The notes beneath the pieces were generated by a model. That model was not told the origin of the DNA and ran no database searches. It saw only the letters and a list, made by a program, of their open reading frames with translations. Shown piece after piece: positions 61,697-64,000 of a DNA stretch of 64,000 nucleotides. The translations under genes and the position numbers were made by a program. Position 1 is the stretch's first letter, and each line of letters begins with the position of its first letter. This DNA is from a virus (taxonomy: Duplodnaviria > Caudoviricetes): IMG/VR virus record IMGVR_UViG_3300046528_000200, positions 23,477 to 87,476 of that record. The stretch is one strand, 5' to 3'.

Positions 61697-61926
61697 TTTC
61701 TCTCCGTGATGATGGTTTTGATTTCCGGCTGGCCGATGATGCGCAGCCGGTGTTCGCCGCGGTCGCCAGCGGCAAGGTTGCGCAGGAAGCCGATCGCCTC
61801 CTCGCTGGCCTGGCGATGCACCTGCTCGACGCTGCAGCCGGTACCCCAGCTGCTCAGGCCGCTGATCTCGACGGTGACAGTAGCCGTGGCCGTGGCGGTG
61901 ACGGGGCGGACTTTGGGCTTGTTCAT
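61693..61926 (-). CDS. Hypothetical protein
   Basis: ATG 61926, ATGA coupling. Confidence 0.6.
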   Translation of the reverse strand: MNKPKVRPVTATATATVTVEISGLSSWGTGCSVEQVHRQASEEAIGFLRNLAAGDRGEHRLRIIGQPEIKTIITERK

Positions 61927-62462
61927 GCCTTGCCCTCCGCTGCCAGATACTCGCGCCACAGCACCTTCTTGCCGTCGACGAGGAAGCCCCAGGTGCCACG
62001 GTACTGGTAGGTGATGAAGAGCGTCCAGACGCCGCCCGGCGACACTTCGACGATGCGGTGGTACTCGCCGAAGTTCAGCGTGACGGTGTCGCCCGGGCGC
62101 CGCGTGAAGCGCTGCGTGGTGCCGTCGGCCAGCAACCGCTCCTCGATGTACCAGCCCTTCAGGATCACGGTGCGCGCGTCCCACGGGTGATCATGTGGCC
62201 AGCGGTCGTAATCCTCGCGCAGGATGTGGTGCACGCGCACGCTCGGCAGCTCACGGGCGCCCTTCGGCGCGTTGAAGTCGTACGGGTTCAGGAGCCAGTA
62301 GCGCTCCATGTAGCCCTCGAGGTGCGTGTAGGGCGTGGCCTGAGAGCGGTGGATCAGGTAGTCGGCCATGGCCGGCTGGCCAAGTTGCTTGGCAAGGTTG
62401 CGCCAGCCGGCGTCGTCGAGGTTTTCGACAGCGAGGCAGGCCAGTTGCTCGTTGAGCTTCAT
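61923..62462 (-). CDS. Cupin-fold protein
   Basis: VHHILRED.DRWPHDHPW...ILKGWYIEE...HRI cupin metal-ligand pattern. Confidence 0.7.
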   Translation of the reverse strand: MKLNEQLACLAVENLDDAGWRNLAKQLGQPAMADYLIHRSQATPYTHLEGYMERYWLLNPYDFNAPKGARELPSVRVHHILREDYDRWPHDHPWDARTVILKGWYIEERLLADGTTQRFTRRPGDTVTLNFGEYHRIVEVSPGGVWTLFITYQYRGTWGFLVDGKKVLWREYLAAEGKA

Positions 62463-62794
62463 GGTCCCACCTCCAGCCGCGTCAGAATGTCGGCGCGGAT
62501 CTCAGCACGCTGGCCTTCGTTGGCGTCGGTCAGGCAGCCGTGCGCGTCGAGGTCTCGCATGATCGCGTCGACCAGCGCGCCCGGCGTCGCAGGAGCGCCA
62601 CCGCTGCGCGCCAGCTTCAGCTCGCCGGCCAGGGCGAGGTAGCCGGCGCTCAGGGCGCGGACATCGGTCACGCTGACGCGATCAAGTTGTCCTCCGACGC
62701 CCAGCTGCGCGGTGACGAGCACGTTGATCTCGGTCTTGCGACCGCGGCCGATGATAGTGGCGACGCCGTTGTCGTAGGTGACTTCCGTGGTCAT
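62459..62794 (-). CDS. Hypothetical protein
   Basis: ATGA coupling. Confidence 0.6.
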   Translation of the reverse strand: MTTEVTYDNGVATIIGRGRKTEINVLVTAQLGVGGQLDRVSVTDVRALSAGYLALAGELKLARSGGAPATPGALVDAIMRDLDAHGCLTDANEGQRAEIRADILTRLEVGP

Positions 62795-63135
62795 TCTGTT
62801 TCCTTCACAGTAATCTCGTCCTCATCCAGCTCAAACTGGTCGAGGTGTGTCAGCCAGATGCCTTCCGAGCCGTCCATCGGATACCAGCCCTCGACCTCGC
62901 CGCGGCGGAACATCCCTTCCGGGTCGAGCTCGGTGACGGTCATGATGAAAGCGCGCAGCGCCAGCATCTTCAGCACCGCCTTCGTAATGTCGCCGCCGGC
63001 TTCCCGCAGCCGATCTTCGGCGCCGCTCCAGAAATTATTCATCTCGTGGAGCTTCTCGTCAGTCATGATCGAATGATCGATCGTGACGTTCATGTCGTAG
63101 GTCCAGTCGTACTGGACCAAATAACGCTTCTTCAT
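62791..63135 (-). CDS. Conserved phage hypothetical protein (DUF2528-like)
   Basis: VTIDHS...LHEMNNFWSGAE.RL...EGW motif. Confidence 0.65.
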   Translation of the reverse strand: MKKRYLVQYDWTYDMNVTIDHSIMTDEKLHEMNNFWSGAEDRLREAGGDITKAVLKMLALRAFIMTVTELDPEGMFRRGEVEGWYPMDGSEGIWLTHLDQFELDEDEITVKETE

Positions 63136-63146
63136 GTGGTTTCCTT

Positions 63147-63938
63147 TCAGGCAGCAATGCCCGTGATTTCTTCGAGGGTGCGCTTCTTGCCGTTCTTCGG
63201 CATCATCATGACCTGTCCGGTCGAGCGTTCCAGGCCGACGTAGTTGCGGTAAACGTTCGGATCGTTGACCATTTCCGGATGGTCGCGCACTAGCGCCGCA
63301 GCGCGCGCCAGATCCTCGTCCTGGGCATAGATACAGAAGACGCAGGAGAAGCGCCGCATGCCCATGGCGTAGACCGGGTGCGGCTGCTGGCCGGCTTGCT
63401 CAATCTTGGCGAACACCTGCTGCTCGGTCCAGCTATGGATGGCGAGATACTCATACCATTCGCGGCCTGCCTTGCTGTTGATGGCGTCGAAGCGGAAAGG
63501 CTGCATCTTCTTGCGGGTGACCGATTCCTCGGCGCGCAGGCCCATGCAGTTGACCACCAGATGCCAGGCCGGGTGGCCGGCAGCCTTGCGCTCGTAGGTC
63601 AGGTGCCGAATCAGCTTCGTGATCGGGCCGCGCTTCAAGTCCGACGTGCACTGGCGCTGCGCCGGGCTGGGGAACATACCGCGTTCCTCGACCATCTGCA
63701 AGAGGTCGCGTCGCGCCTTGACGACATGCAGCGGCTCGCCGGCGGTGGTGGCGCGGATATGCTCGACCGCACCGGCCCACTCCACACGGCCAAGGTCTGC
63801 GTGGACGATGGCCAGCTGGTCGCGCGGCACGAGACCGCGCAGCTGGAGGTACACGGCCTGGGAATCCTTGCCGCCAGAGTGGTTGATGACGAACAGGGCG
63901 CCTCGGTTGATGAGGGATTGGATTTCGGAAGGGATCAT
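63147..63938 (-). CDS. Phosphoadenosine phosphosulfate reductase family (PP-loop) protein
   Basis: SGGKDS, RQCT..LK, GLRAEES..R and RFSCVFC motifs. Confidence 0.85.
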   Translation of the reverse strand: MIPSEIQSLINRGALFVINHSGGKDSQAVYLQLRGLVPRDQLAIVHADLGRVEWAGAVEHIRATTAGEPLHVVKARRDLLQMVEERGMFPSPAQRQCTSDLKRGPITKLIRHLTYERKAAGHPAWHLVVNCMGLRAEESVTRKKMQPFRFDAINSKAGREWYEYLAIHSWTEQQVFAKIEQAGQQPHPVYAMGMRRFSCVFCIYAQDEDLARAAALVRDHPEMVNDPNVYRNYVGLERSTGQVMMMPKNGKKRTLEEITGIAA

Positions 63939-64000
63939 CCACGGTCTCCTTCGTCAGGGTTCACGGCGTCGCAGTAGTCCGCCTGGGTCATGCCGTACAG

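Noticed and set aside
1-64000. tRNA, rRNA, CRISPR array, integrase/att site
   Set aside because: Intergenic gaps are all short (<170 bp), with no cloverleaf/T-loop context, no spaced direct repeats and no recombinase motifs.

Overview
The whole window is part of one GC-rich tailed-phage genome with a long non-contractile tail (tail tube, G/GT chaperones, a 2304-aa tape measure, no sheath gene). No integrase, tRNA, rRNA or CRISPR array was seen. The + strand from 1 to 26.9 kb is the late arm: terminase C-terminus, portal, S49 protease, scaffold, decoration, major capsid, neck, tail, tail tip/fibres, lysis cassette and a metallophosphoesterase. The - strand from 26.9 to 51.9 kb is a self-sufficient replication, recombination and nucleotide arm: SbcCD, resolvase, ThyA, ATP-dependent ligase, full-length Pol I, TraR/DksA, dNMP kinase, MazG, DnaQ-like exonuclease, SSB-like protein, primase-helicase, SF2 helicase, deaminase, C5 methyltransferase, HNH and RdgC. 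A + strand cassette at 52.07-56.9 kb interrupts the - strand genes. It has its own promoter and palindrome and encodes structural-looking fibre/adaptor proteins and an SGNH carbohydrate esterase. The - strand from 56.9 to 64 kb holds small early genes, including a Cys-rich gp88-like protein, an HNH, a cupin and a PAPS-reductase-family protein. The best leads are: (1) a two-subunit C5 methyltransferase whose second subunit is nested in the +1 frame with its own Shine-Dalgarno site; (2) the displaced, separately promoted fibre/esterase cassette; (3) two surface-protein-type DUF4214 repeats at the tape-measure C-terminus; and (4) a genome-wide set of sigma70-like promoters sharing a GGCAA/TTGCC motif. 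All family assignments come from motif recognition by eye, not database searches. A betaproteobacterial host (Oxalobacteraceae-like) is an inference.
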